Source: Gloeobacterales cyanobacterium
GTDB lineage: Bacteria; Cyanobacteriota; Cyanobacteriia; Gloeobacterales; PMM-0068
Reading direction: 5' to 3'
Length of the DNA: 64,000 nt
Assembly: GCA_038245785.1 (NCBI GenBank)
Contig: JBBRSB010000018.1
Coordinates: 24,616 to 88,615, forward strand
Positions 8,250 through 17,620 of this stretch are shown piece after piece (positions within the stretch are counted from its first letter, which is position 1; each line of letters starts with the position of its first letter). Under the pieces are notes generated by a model that saw only the letters and a program-made list of their open reading frames with translations, searched no databases and was not told where the DNA came from. The translations under genes and the position numbers were made by a program.

Positions 8250-9926
8250 GTGGATAGACAGCATGAATCAAGATATTTTTCTAGAAGAGACGCACTCAAG
8301 TTAGCTGCTGTAGGTAGTGCCACCCTTTATGGAATAGGTGCATTTTTGAGACCTGCCTCAGCTCAAGTGCTTAAGGCTGATGCGTATCAAGCTCCTACCG
8401 TCCCATGGCTCCCTCAGCATGATCCTGACCTTTCACAGCGGGCCATGCAGCTTGCTGATCAACAGCAACAGCATCAATACAACTTTACTTATTTTCCGCC
8501 TTTGCCCCTAGTGGACAAAGTCCCACCAGCAGATCAGTTTACCTTGCCGTGGCAACAACTGGCCAATGCGATAGAAACAGAAAGGCGTTCCAATACCACT
8601 CAAGCAGGTCAAGCCAGAACCATAGCGAATCTCGATGATTATGCTGCTCTTTTTCCAGTGATTCCCCTGCCTCAAATCAGTAAGACTTTTCAAGAAGATA
8701 GTGTATTTGCGCGTATGCGGGTTGCTGGTCCAAATCCTCTAGTCATTGAGCACGTAATGGCCCTGGATAACCGTTTTCCTGTTACCAATGAACATTATCA
8801 ATCAGCGATGGGAGAAGTGGATTCCTTAGCAGTAGCTGGGCAAGAGGGGAGGCTCTACCTGGCTGATTACGCAATCTTCGATGGAGCGGCCAATGGGAGC
8901 TACGCTGCGGGGCAGAAGTATCTCTATGCACCCCTGGCCCTGTTTGCTGTGCCACGTCCAAACCAGCGTTTACGGTCGCTAGTCCCTGTCGCTATTCAGT
9001 GTGGACAAAAGCCCGGACCGGATAACCCTATTTTCACCCCAAAGAACGGTACAAACTGGTTGCTTGCTAAAACCATCGTTCAGATCGCCGATGCCAACTT
9101 CCACGAACTGGTCATCCATCTTGGCAGCATTCATCTGTTTATCGAGCCGCTGGTCATTGCTACCCAGAGGCAACTTGCTGCCCGTCATCCCCTTGGAATC
9201 TTGTTGCGCCCGCACTTTGAAGGAACTCTAGCCACAAACTTCCGCGCGGTCTTCGAACTAATCAATCCAGGCGGACCCGTGGATAGGCTTCTGGGGACTA
9301 CCCTCTATAGCTCGCTAGCCTTTGCGGTCGAAGGGGTTCGCAGTTATCCGTTCAATGACTCGATGCTGCCTGATACCCTCAAACGCCGTGGAGTCGATGA
9401 CCGCAATCTGCTGCCTGACTCTGAATTGCAAAACTGGTTGTCAGAACTACTATCGGTCAACGGGGGAAGAATGGTTGGTATTGGTCAAGACGGTCGCATT
9501 CAAACACAAGCGTACCTGATTGAAGCCACCACCCTGATCCTCTTTACTGCCAGTGCCCAGCATGCTGCTATCGGCACACCTCAGGGGTCTTTAATGACCT
9601 ATGCACCAGCTTTCCCGCTGGCTGGCTATTCTCCAGCACCCGTATCTAATCAGGGTGCCACCGAATCGGACTATCTCAGATTGCTACCACCCTGGCTCCA
9701 AGCCCAAGGCCAACTGAGTACCCTCTACTTGCTGGGGACGGTGGATTACACCCGACTAGGAAGATATCAAAGTGGATATTTCAGCGATGAACGAGTACGG
9801 CCAAAGCTAGAGCGTTTTCAAGCCCGCCTCGAGCGAATTGAAGCGGTCATTGGCCGGAGAAACCAAACGCGGCCCGCCTATGAGTTTCTACTCCCCTCTC
9901 AAATTCCCCAGACCATCCAATGGTAG
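8250..9926 (+). CDS. Tat-exported lipoxygenase-family protein with atypical ligands and an in-frame internal deletion (possibly inactive)
   Basis: Twin-arginine SRRDALK + ASA cleavage site; FARMRVAGPNP, WLLAKT, HELVIHLGSIHL, TASAQHAA; ends IPQTIQW. GTG 8250 preferred over the ORF-track start 8190. Confidence 0.85.
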   Translation: MDRQHESRYFSRRDALKLAAVGSATLYGIGAFLRPASAQVLKADAYQAPTVPWLPQHDPDLSQRAMQLADQQQQHQYNFTYFPPLPLVDKVPPADQFTLPWQQLANAIETERRSNTTQAGQARTIANLDDYAALFPVIPLPQISKTFQEDSVFARMRVAGPNPLVIEHVMALDNRFPVTNEHYQSAMGEVDSLAVAGQEGRLYLADYAIFDGAANGSYAAGQKYLYAPLALFAVPRPNQRLRSLVPVAIQCGQKPGPDNPIFTPKNGTNWLLAKTIVQIADANFHELVIHLGSIHLFIEPLVIATQRQLAARHPLGILLRPHFEGTLATNFRAVFELINPGGPVDRLLGTTLYSSLAFAVEGVRSYPFNDSMLPDTLKRRGVDDRNLLPDSELQNWLSELLSVNGGRMVGIGQDGRIQTQAYLIEATTLILFTASAQHAAIGTPQGSLMTYAPAFPLAGYSPAPVSNQGATESDYLRLLPPWLQAQGQLSTLYLLGTVDYTRLGRYQSGYFSDERVRPKLERFQARLERIEAVIGRRNQTRPAYEFLLPSQIPQTIQW

Positions 9927-9952
9927 AGGTTGTGCCATAACCTGACTTTCCC

Positions 9953-10573
9953 CTATCTCGCTCTCACTGCTTTAGGCGCGGTTAGCACTACATAGTAGTA
10001 TTTGTAATAACTTCGGGGAGAGCAAGCTACCCCGATACCGATTTCTGAATGTTCAAGATAAAACGGATCCATCGCCAACAGATGAATTCGATGAGCAGGA
10101 GGATATACACCCTCATCGGCAATCAACTGATCAACCGCTTCAATGCCATTAGGAGCACCTGCCGCTAATGACTCTAGACTGTTGGATGCAGGATCTTCAG
10201 CATAATCAGCAGGTAGAGAATAGCCAGCGCGAATCACCCGTTGATTGGCACCTACTCCATCTGGATCGAAGTGAGAGACATAGTTGTCCTTAGCCATACG
10301 TTCAGCCGCTTGGCGAGCTATGGTAGCAAGCGGTTGATTCCAATGCAGGGCAGGAACAGGGCCACCAGGTAATTGAACCCCAAGTTTAGAAGCATAGTTT
10401 TTGGGCTCAGCCCGAAAATGATTCAGATAATCATAGGCTTGGACGGCTTCACGATTGGAGTCTATACAGGAATCGGCACGTGCTACTTCCTGGAGAAATC
10501 CAATCATAATGCAAGCAAAAATTACCCTCAGAAATAGATACTTCAGAGGTCTTTCTATGGATAAAAAAATCAT
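9953..10573 (-). CDS. Secreted CAP (SCP) domain protein
   Basis: Signal-peptide-like N-terminus; YLNHFR, MAKDNYVSH, HRIHLL, EIGIGVA. Confidence 0.8.
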   Translation of the reverse strand: MIFLSIERPLKYLFLRVIFACIMIGFLQEVARADSCIDSNREAVQAYDYLNHFRAEPKNYASKLGVQLPGGPVPALHWNQPLATIARQAAERMAKDNYVSHFDPDGVGANQRVIRAGYSLPADYAEDPASNSLESLAAGAPNGIEAVDQLIADEGVYPPAHRIHLLAMDPFYLEHSEIGIGVACSPRSYYKYYYVVLTAPKAVRAR

Positions 10574-10922
10574 AGGCTAGCGTCTTTAGAAGGATAGAGA
10601 TCTTGCGTTTGATCCAGATTGTGAAACTGCATCATTCGCTCTTGCAGGCAATGAGAAATTGGGTCTATTTTAATTGCTAGATCTACTTCATCCATAGGTT
10701 CTCTCTCTGAATACAGTGCTTCAGCCGTTTTATTAAAAAGATTGAAGTTATACTAAGCGAATTCTTAAGTGCTTAATATGAAGCGTTTATGAAGTTTCCG
10801 AAAAAACTAAAAAACATTTTCAGCAGTAGGTTTTATTTCATTTTTAGGGAACTCTATACTGCGCAAAACTCAACGGTCAAACTTAAAAAATAGCAGTTTT
10901 GCTCAGTGGAAGTTGCGATAGT

Positions 10923-10955
10923 CCTCACAAGTTCCTCAAATTGACGGTTTAACGT
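10923..10955 (+). promoter_or_regulatory. Direct-repeat box copy 3 (CCTCA-caagtt-CCTCA) + N11 + -10 element TAACGT, upstream of usp-osmC-PRTase
   Basis: cctcacaagttcctca at 10923-10938; TAACGT at 10950-10955. Confidence 0.75.
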
Positions 10956-10977
10956 GGAAGTAGAACTGGAGACGATT

Positions 10978-11496
10978 ATGTTTCAAAAGATTCTTGTAGC
11001 CGTAGACAACTCCGCCTCAGGCGAGTACGTCTTCCGTAAGGCTTTGGAACTAGCTAAGAAAACTGAGGCTAGCCTTATGCTTTTGCACGTTTTGTCCTCT
11101 GATGAAGAGGGCTATCCGGCAGTGCCTGGGTTTGATTTTGGGATAGGTGCCCAGGATGACGTGATGAGACTCTACTTGCAGCAGTGGCATGACTTTAGAG
11201 AACAAGGACTTGAGCTACTGCGGGCACGCATCTATGAAGCGACTGCAGCAGGGGTGAGTGCAGAATCCAATCAGGTGCCTGGGGATTCAGGTAAGGCTAT
11301 TTGTGAACAGGCACGTGCGTGGGGTGCAGACTTGATTGTGATCGGTCGTCGCGGCCGTTCTGGTCTTAGTGAACTCTTCCTCGGTAGTGCTAGCAATTAT
11401 GTCTTGCACCATGCTCATTGCTCGGTTCTGACGGTACAACCGCTCGTCCGTGTCCCTGATGAAGAGACTCAAACCGCACAAATGATGTCTATTTGA
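10978..11496 (+). CDS. Universal stress protein
   Basis: MFQKILVAVD; ADLIVIGRRGRSGLSELFLGSASNYVLHHAHCSVL. Confidence 0.95.
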   Translation: MFQKILVAVDNSASGEYVFRKALELAKKTEASLMLLHVLSSDEEGYPAVPGFDFGIGAQDDVMRLYLQQWHDFREQGLELLRARIYEATAAGVSAESNQVPGDSGKAICEQARAWGADLIVIGRRGRSGLSELFLGSASNYVLHHAHCSVLTVQPLVRVPDEETQTAQMMSI

Positions 11497-11505
11497 GGTG
11501 AGGCT

Positions 11506-11937
11506 ATGCAGGTCAAGGTTCAACATAAAGAGCATCTGCGATTTGAGGCAATGGCTAGGGGCCATCGTATTCTGGGCGACCAACCTCTGGAGAACGAGGG
11601 CGAAGACTCAGGAATGACGCCTACTGAGTGGTTCTTGGCATCTATTGGCGGATGTGTGGGTTTCTACGCCGTTAAGTACTGTCAGTCCAGAGGCTTAGAG
11701 GCCACAGGCCTTAGTGTGGATGTTTCTGCCCAGAAAACAACGGATATGCCTGTTCGTCTGGATGATATCCAGATTCAGGTAAATGTCCCCATAGTCTTAG
11801 ATGCTCACCACTACCAAGGGCTAGAAAGAGCGGTGGATGCCTGCTTAATTCATAAAACCCTGTCAAACCCGCCCCATACGACCATCCAGATTTCTACGTC
11901 TGTGGTTCAATCAGTCCAAGCACAAACCTCCCCCTAA
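11506..11937 (+). CDS. OsmC family protein
   Basis: DQP..NEGEDSGMTPTE..LASIGGC and C.IHKTL. Confidence 0.9.
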   Translation: MQVKVQHKEHLRFEAMARGHRILGDQPLENEGEDSGMTPTEWFLASIGGCVGFYAVKYCQSRGLEATGLSVDVSAQKTTDMPVRLDDIQIQVNVPIVLDAHHYQGLERAVDACLIHKTLSNPPHTTIQISTSVVQSVQAQTSP

Positions 11938-11992
11938 GCCCTTCGCAGCCCTAGTGCCAGCGAACTAGAATAAGAACAAAGTGGTGCATAAA

Positions 11993-12646
11993 ATGACTGC
12001 GCGATTCCGTAATCGGATTGAAGCAGGCCAATTACTAGCCCAAAAACTTACGGCCTATGCTTACCGTCCGGACGTATTGGTGTTGGGGTTGCCTCGGGGT
12101 GGAGTGCCTGTAGCCTTCGAAGTGGCTAGTGCTCTTCATGTCCCCCTGGACATCTGGTTGGTGAGGAAACTGGGAGTGCCAGGGCAAAAGGAACTAGCCA
12201 TGGGGGCTATTGCAACAGGGGGCATCCGAGTACTAAATCCTGAAACAATCTATTGGCTGCATATTGCTGAGCAGGACATTGCGCAGGTGGCCACGCAAGA
12301 ACAAAAGGAATTGGAGCGCCGTGAGCTTCTTTATCGAGGAAATCGCCCTGCTCCTGATGTGCGGAATCGGACCGTGATTCTAATAGATGACGGCCTAGCT
12401 ACAGGCTCAACCATGCGTGCAGCGATAGCTTCCCTTCGTCCACAACAGCCTGAACGAATCGTTGTCGCTGTTCCCGTTGCGCCTCCATCCGTGTACAGCG
12501 AATTCAAGACCGAAGCAGACGAAGTTGTCTGTCTGAGAACTCCTGAGCTATTCCATGCCATTGGTGCCTGGTACGAAGATTTTTCCCAAACCACGGATCA
12601 GGAAGTGCGTAATTTATTAGAGCGGGCTAGCCACGGAGTTTGTTAA
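11993..12646 (+). CDS. Phosphoribosyltransferase family protein
   Basis: [15 protein letters not shown] motif [13 protein letters not shown]. Confidence 0.92.
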   Translation: MTARFRNRIEAGQLLAQKLTAYAYRPDVLVLGLPRGGVPVAFEVASALHVPLDIWLVRKLGVPGQKELAMGAIATGGIRVLNPETIYWLHIAEQDIAQVATQEQKELERRELLYRGNRPAPDVRNRTVILIDDGLATGSTMRAAIASLRPQQPERIVVAVPVAPPSVYSEFKTEADEVVCLRTPELFHAIGAWYEDFSQTTDQEVRNLLERASHGVC

Positions 12647-12658
12647 TCAATGAGAATC

Positions 12659-12683
12659 TGACCTTCCCCCAATTTAGTGGACA
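12659..12683. mobile_element. Solo IS3-family-like terminal inverted repeat (scar)
   Basis: TGACCTTCCCCCAATTTAGTGGACA resembles IS3-family ends (TG start, C-run, GGACA); no transposase nearby. Confidence 0.45.
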
Positions 12684-12735
12684 TTCCCGAAGAGTCGATA
12701 ACTACTGAACTATCGATCGATTATTGGAGTTAAAG

Positions 12736-13374
12736 ATGAAACTCATTTCTGTCAACGTCGGACTGCCACGTGAAGTGACCTGGAAAGGGAAAACAGTTAC
12801 AACTGGAATTTTCAAAGAGCCAGTCAGTGCAAGGGTGATGGTGCGATCGCTCAATTTAGAGGGTGATGGACAGGCTGATCTAACTGTTCATGGGGGAGTA
12901 GACAAAGCCGTCTATGTCTATCCGTTTGAGCATTACGATTACTGGCGAAGTGAATTGCCTGATACAGAGTTGCCGCTAGGTATCTTTGGCGAAAATTTTA
13001 CCATCACTGGATTGAGAGAAGAGGAAGTGAACATTGGCGATCGCTTTAGTATCGGCACTGTAAACCTGATGGTGACACAACCGCGACTACCCTGCTATAA
13101 ACTGGGGATTCGGTTTGGACGACCGGATATGGTGAAACGATTTCTCGCAAGTCGTCGAACCGGATTTTACTTCCGTGTTTTGCAAGAGGGTGAAGTCGAA
13201 GCCGGAGACACTCTTGAGTTGGTGAGCCGAGATGAAAACAACATTACGGTTGCTGATATCACTCAACTTTATACCCGTGAGCAGAAAAATCCAGCGTTAC
13301 TTCACCGCGCGGCTCAACTGGAAGCGTTACCTGAAAGTTGGCGCGACTATTTCCAGCAACAGGGTCTTCATTAA
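12736..13374 (+). CDS. MOSC domain protein (YiiM-like, with 3-alpha domain)
   Basis: GDGQADLTVHGGVDKAVY, FGENFT, VTQPRLPCYKL, TGFYFRVLQEG. Confidence 0.93.
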   Translation: MKLISVNVGLPREVTWKGKTVTTGIFKEPVSARVMVRSLNLEGDGQADLTVHGGVDKAVYVYPFEHYDYWRSELPDTELPLGIFGENFTITGLREEEVNIGDRFSIGTVNLMVTQPRLPCYKLGIRFGRPDMVKRFLASRRTGFYFRVLQEGEVEAGDTLELVSRDENNITVADITQLYTREQKNPALLHRAAQLEALPESWRDYFQQQGLH

Positions 13375-13440
13375 TTCGTAGTACAAGGAGTGGGAATAGG
13401 TACGACAGTCAACCGTTTGTCCTCCCAGAAGGCAACTACT

Positions 13441-13830
13441 ATGAATGAAAATAACGGCATCATTAGCCAGCCCAGCCCATATTCAGTGACTGAAACAATC
13501 GATCGCTTAGAAGCCGTACTTCAGGCAAAAGGGATCACTATTTTTGCCCGTATCGATCAACAGGCTGAAGCCGAGAAGGTCGGACTAAGCCTACGTCCGA
13601 CGCAGTTGTTACTGTTTGGCAGCCCGAAAGCCGGAACTCCTTTGATGGTGGCAGAACCGACGATCGCCCTGGATTTACCCCTAAAAGTGCTGGCCTGGGA
13701 AGCGGCTGACGGCAAAGTGTGGCTGAGCTATAACGATCCCGATTATTTAAAACAGCGCTTCTCACTTTCCGATGAATTAGTCAAAAACATCGCGGTCATC
13801 GCCTCTTTAATCGAGCAAACACTGGCTTAA
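13441..13830 (+). CDS. DUF302 domain protein
   Basis: IFARIDQ, LLFGSPKAGTPLM, ALDLPLKVL. Confidence 0.9.
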   Translation: MNENNGIISQPSPYSVTETIDRLEAVLQAKGITIFARIDQQAEAEKVGLSLRPTQLLLFGSPKAGTPLMVAEPTIALDLPLKVLAWEAADGKVWLSYNDPDYLKQRFSLSDELVKNIAVIASLIEQTLA

Positions 13831-13839
13831 GTAAGGATC

Positions 13840-13995
13840 AAGGCAGTGGGCAAAGATACAGATGAAACGTATGCCTTGTGCGAAGTGATTGTTGCACCCC
13901 AGGGCGGTAGCACACCTCTTCATCGGCACAGTCGGAAAAATGAGTCATTTTACGTTCAAGAGAGAGAACTAGAATCCCAGCTTGACAAAGTATAA
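13840..13995 (+). pseudogene. Cupin (quercetinase-like) gene fragment
   Basis: Start-less frame KAVGKDTDETYALCEVIVAPQGGSTPLHRHSRKNESFYVQE... matches cupin motif 1 (PxHxH...ExFYV); truncated at both ends. Confidence 0.7.
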
Positions 13996-14067
13996 AACAA
14001 AGTAAAACCGCTAGAGGTATTGTTACGTAGACTGTTTAGAAGCTATTCCGAAGAACGCAACAACACC

Positions 14068-14739
14068 ATGTCCAACCACAACTTCATGTTCAATCGCCCT
14101 CTAGCAAGCCGTTTCGTGCTCCTTGCAATCACTTCCCTGGGTATTCTGTCTCCGACAATGCTGCCAGCGTACGCCACCAATATCCCAGCTGCGACAGGAA
14201 TAAAACCTCAGACAGCTGTTTTTGCAGGAGGTTGTTTCTGGGGAGTAGAAGCAGTTTTTGAGCATCTAAAAGGAGTCTCAGAGGTCGTTTCAGGTTATTC
14301 AGGGGGTAAGCCTAAAACCGCACAATATAAGACTGTCAGCTCGGGGCATACGGGCCATGCGGAGTCTGTGAGAGTAATCTATGATCCATCTAAGATCTCT
14401 TATCCCCAACTGCTGAAGATCTATTTTCTAGTCGCCCACAATCCGACTCAGCTAAATCGGCAAGGACCAGACTTCGGTACACAGTACCGTTCAGCGATCT
14501 TTTATGCCAATGATGAACAGAAAAAGGCCGCGCAAGCTTACATTATTCAGCTCAATAAACAACACTCTTTCCAACAACCAATCGTCACTGAACTTGCACC
14601 TTTGAACAAATTTTATCAGGCAGAAGAATACCATCAGGATTTCATCTCCCGTCATCCGTACGACCCTTATGTAGTATTTAATGACTTGCCCAAGCTATCT
14701 CAACTTCAGAAAAAGTTTCCTGATTTATATAAGCAATAG
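14068..14739 (+). CDS. msrA: Peptide-methionine (S)-S-oxide reductase, exported
   Basis: GGCFWGVE, TGHAESV, RQGPDFGTQYRSAIF, AEEYHQ; signal peptide ending AYA. Confidence 0.93.
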   Translation: MSNHNFMFNRPLASRFVLLAITSLGILSPTMLPAYATNIPAATGIKPQTAVFAGGCFWGVEAVFEHLKGVSEVVSGYSGGKPKTAQYKTVSSGHTGHAESVRVIYDPSKISYPQLLKIYFLVAHNPTQLNRQGPDFGTQYRSAIFYANDEQKKAAQAYIIQLNKQHSFQQPIVTELAPLNKFYQAEEYHQDFISRHPYDPYVVFNDLPKLSQLQKKFPDLYKQ

Positions 14740-14896
14740 ATTCATTTTATTGAGGTCTGAATGACTGAAAAGTAGAGAGAATAATGCAAAAAACTGCCAA
14801 TATTTGGGAGTTTTGGTGCTAATAATATTTATAAAAGTGGTTTCTCTCTTTTTTTCCTCTCTACAATAGGGGCAAAGCTTCTCTAGGAGCTTCCGA

Positions 14897-16759
14897 ATGA
14901 AAATTCTACTCGTAGAGGATGATGAACATACGGCTGCTGTCCTTGCAGAATCGCTAACAGCTCATCACTATCTGGTGGATACAACCAATAATGGTCAAAC
15001 TGCCCTAGAGTTTACAAAAGCGTATGACTATGATCTGATTGTTCTAGATGTAATGATGCCTGGATTGGATGGTGTGAGCCTGTGTCGCCAGCTCCGCTTG
15101 CAAGGCTATCGGATGGCCATTGTGATGTTGACGGCAAAGGATAGCACGAGCGATCGGATCATGGGGTTAGAGGCAGGTGCTGATGATTGTGTGATCAAGC
15201 CCTTTGATTTACCAGAATTGCTAGCTCGGATTCAAGCGCTACTAAGGCGGCCAAGAGAGACCTTTCAGGAGATTCTTAGCTGGGAAAACCTGAGGCTTAA
15301 TCTCAACACGAGCGAAGTTACTTATAGCGAAAATCCTATCCACCTGACTCCGAAAGAATATGGTCTACTGGAACTTTTTCTGCGAAATCCCGGCAGAATC
15401 TTCAGTAGATTTGCACTTTTAGACCGTGTCTGGCCTCTTGGTGAATTTCCTGGGGAACAGGCCGTTAATACGCAGATTAAGGGGCTGCGCCAGAAGCTAA
15501 AAGCAGCGGGAATGAGCAAGAATTTGATTGAGTCCTTATATGGATTGGGATACCAGCTTAAACCTGCTTCAAATCAGGAAGCTACAGCAAGGAAAGAGGA
15601 AACCAAGCAGAGCACAACGAAAGAATCCTTGCTCTCCCTAGTTGACATGGAAGTTATGGCTGATATTGCCAGGAGTTGGCTAAATTTTAAGGAGAAATTG
15701 AGCCAACAATTTGAATTGTTTGAGCAAATAATTACTGATCTTTCAGCTGGAACTTTGGATCGTGAACGGTGGCAGCAAGCAGAGGCAAACGCTCATCGCT
15801 TGATTGGTTCTCTGGGCACGTTTGGTTTATCGCAAGGCTCAGAGGTCGCACGACAAATCGAGCAATTACTTCAGTCTGAAATTGTTTCAAATCAGCGTGC
15901 AGCGCTACAGCTTGCAGAATGGGTAACGCTGTTGAGGCAAATTGTAGAGCGAAGGAAAAAAAGTCCAGAAGTAAGGGAAGCCCTTTTAAGCAATGCTCCA
16001 CCATTGCCTATTACCTCGGCTCGGTTACTGCTGATCAGTGTTGATAGTGTTTTGACAGAACAGATCAACACAGCAGCCCGCTTGTACGGCTTGCAGGTAG
16101 AAGCGGCAACCAACCTAGCGGCAGCGAGGAAAGCGATTGCCCGTGAGCTTCCTGATGTCATTCTCCTAGACCTTCTCTTTTCTACCCGTACTGAAGATGG
16201 ATTGAGGCTACTGGCAGAGTTAGCTAGACAGAACCCATCTCTGCCAGTTCTAGTGTTCATAGAGGGGAATCAACTGATTGAGCGAGTCGCTATTGCGCGG
16301 TTAGGAGGTCGGGCCTGCTTACAAAAACCTGTTTCCTCTGAGCAACTGCTCAAGGCAGTGATTCAGTCGCTCAATCCAGTGCAAAGTGTGGATGCTCGGG
16401 TGATGATAGTGGACGATGACCCTCAAATATTGCAGAAGCTCGTGACTCTACTGAAGCCTTTGGGGCTTCAAGTCACCACCCTGGATGACCCCCGAAAGTT
16501 TTGGGATGTATTAGAAGCATCTCGCCCCGATTTGCTGATTTTAGATATAAAAATGCCCAGTTTTAGCGGACTGGAACTGTGCCAAGTAGTGCGCAATGAT
16601 CCCTACTGGCGAGAACTCCCGATTCTGTTTTTGTCTGCTCTGACGGATGAAGAGATGGTAAAACGGGGCTTTGCTGCTGGCGTAGATGATTATGTGCGCA
16701 AGCCAGTAGTGGATACTGAACTCATTGCTCGTGTTCTGAATTGGTTGAAACGGTTTTAA
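14897..16759 (+). CDS. Multidomain response regulator REC-OmpR wHTH-Hpt-REC-REC (RcaC/RfpB-like architecture)
   Basis: REC (LDVMMP), wHTH (LTPKEYGLLELF...YGLGY), Hpt (AHRLIGSLGTFG), two C-terminal receivers. Confidence 0.9.
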   Translation: MKILLVEDDEHTAAVLAESLTAHHYLVDTTNNGQTALEFTKAYDYDLIVLDVMMPGLDGVSLCRQLRLQGYRMAIVMLTAKDSTSDRIMGLEAGADDCVIKPFDLPELLARIQALLRRPRETFQEILSWENLRLNLNTSEVTYSENPIHLTPKEYGLLELFLRNPGRIFSRFALLDRVWPLGEFPGEQAVNTQIKGLRQKLKAAGMSKNLIESLYGLGYQLKPASNQEATARKEETKQSTTKESLLSLVDMEVMADIARSWLNFKEKLSQQFELFEQIITDLSAGTLDRERWQQAEANAHRLIGSLGTFGLSQGSEVARQIEQLLQSEIVSNQRAALQLAEWVTLLRQIVERRKKSPEVREALLSNAPPLPITSARLLLISVDSVLTEQINTAARLYGLQVEAATNLAAARKAIARELPDVILLDLLFSTRTEDGLRLLAELARQNPSLPVLVFIEGNQLIERVAIARLGGRACLQKPVSSEQLLKAVIQSLNPVQSVDARVMIVDDDPQILQKLVTLLKPLGLQVTTLDDPRKFWDVLEASRPDLLILDIKMPSFSGLELCQVVRNDPYWRELPILFLSALTDEEMVKRGFAAGVDDYVRKPVVDTELIARVLNWLKRF

Positions 16760-16884
16760 ATTCAAAATCGTGAATTTAGTGCTTCAGGGAGCATAACGCT
16801 TCATACAGAAAGTTAAGGCTAAGTTGGCTGCCCAGATGTTTTTCTTGAGTATGATTTTTTACCCTACAGAAAGATGGCAAACAA

Positions 16885-17520
16885 ATGGAGCATCAAAAAA
16901 CGTATGATTCACAGGAGCAATCGCACAATTCTCCAGGCCTAGCATTTGATATTGTTGCTCTAGCAGCCTCTGCTGGCGGCTTGAACGCTTTGAGCCAGGT
17001 CCTCTCGCAACTACCTGCCAATTTTCCAGTGCCCATTTTGATCGTGCAGCATCTTGATCCCAGGCACCGCTCCCTGATGGCAGAGATTCTCAGTCGCAGA
17101 ACTCCGTTGCAGGTGAAGCAGGCTGAAGAAGGAGATCTCTTAACCGCAGGCATTGTCTACATTGCACCTCCCAATCGTCATCTTCTTGTCAATCCAGACC
17201 GGACCCTGTCGCTCAGTCAATCCGAGTTGGTGCATTTTCTACGACCCTCTGCAGACCTGATGTTTGACTCTATTGCGGCTAGCCACAAAGACCTCGCGAT
17301 CGCCTTCGTGCTAACAGGCACAGGGAAAGATGGAGCGATGGGCGTGCAAGCGATCCGCAAAATAGGTGGAACGGTGATTGCCCAGGATGAGGCAACGTCC
17401 GAATTCTTTAGCATGCCCAGCGCAGCTATCCAAATGGGAGCCGATTTTGTATTGCCCTTATCAGAAATTGCTGTTGCCTTAGTCTCTCTGGTCATGCAGC
17501 CTGCAGAAAATGATGCTTAG
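16885..17520 (+). CDS. cheB: Stand-alone CheB methylesterase
   Basis: Catalytic motifs ASAGG, VQHLDP, LTGTGKDGA; no receiver domain. Confidence 0.92.
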   Translation: MEHQKTYDSQEQSHNSPGLAFDIVALAASAGGLNALSQVLSQLPANFPVPILIVQHLDPRHRSLMAEILSRRTPLQVKQAEEGDLLTAGIVYIAPPNRHLLVNPDRTLSLSQSELVHFLRPSADLMFDSIAASHKDLAIAFVLTGTGKDGAMGVQAIRKIGGTVIAQDEATSEFFSMPSAAIQMGADFVLPLSEIAVALVSLVMQPAENDA

Positions 17521-17620
17521 TAAGCCATATGTGTAGTAATCAAATAATTGAGAGACACTCCAAGCGTTGTCCAATACCCTAGAGGGGAGGATAGGTCCTT
17601 AGGACAAGTGACCGTTCGCG

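Noticed and set aside
10011..10030. Reverse-strand gtagcttgctctccccgaag resembling the tRNA-relic insert
   Set aside because: Lies in frame within the CAP gene (GVACSPRS), lacks the closing GGGTA, and is likely coincidental.
16788..16820. cataacgcttcata upstream of cheB as another regulon box
   Set aside because: Only one half-site matches and no TAnnnT lies at the 11-bp spacing.
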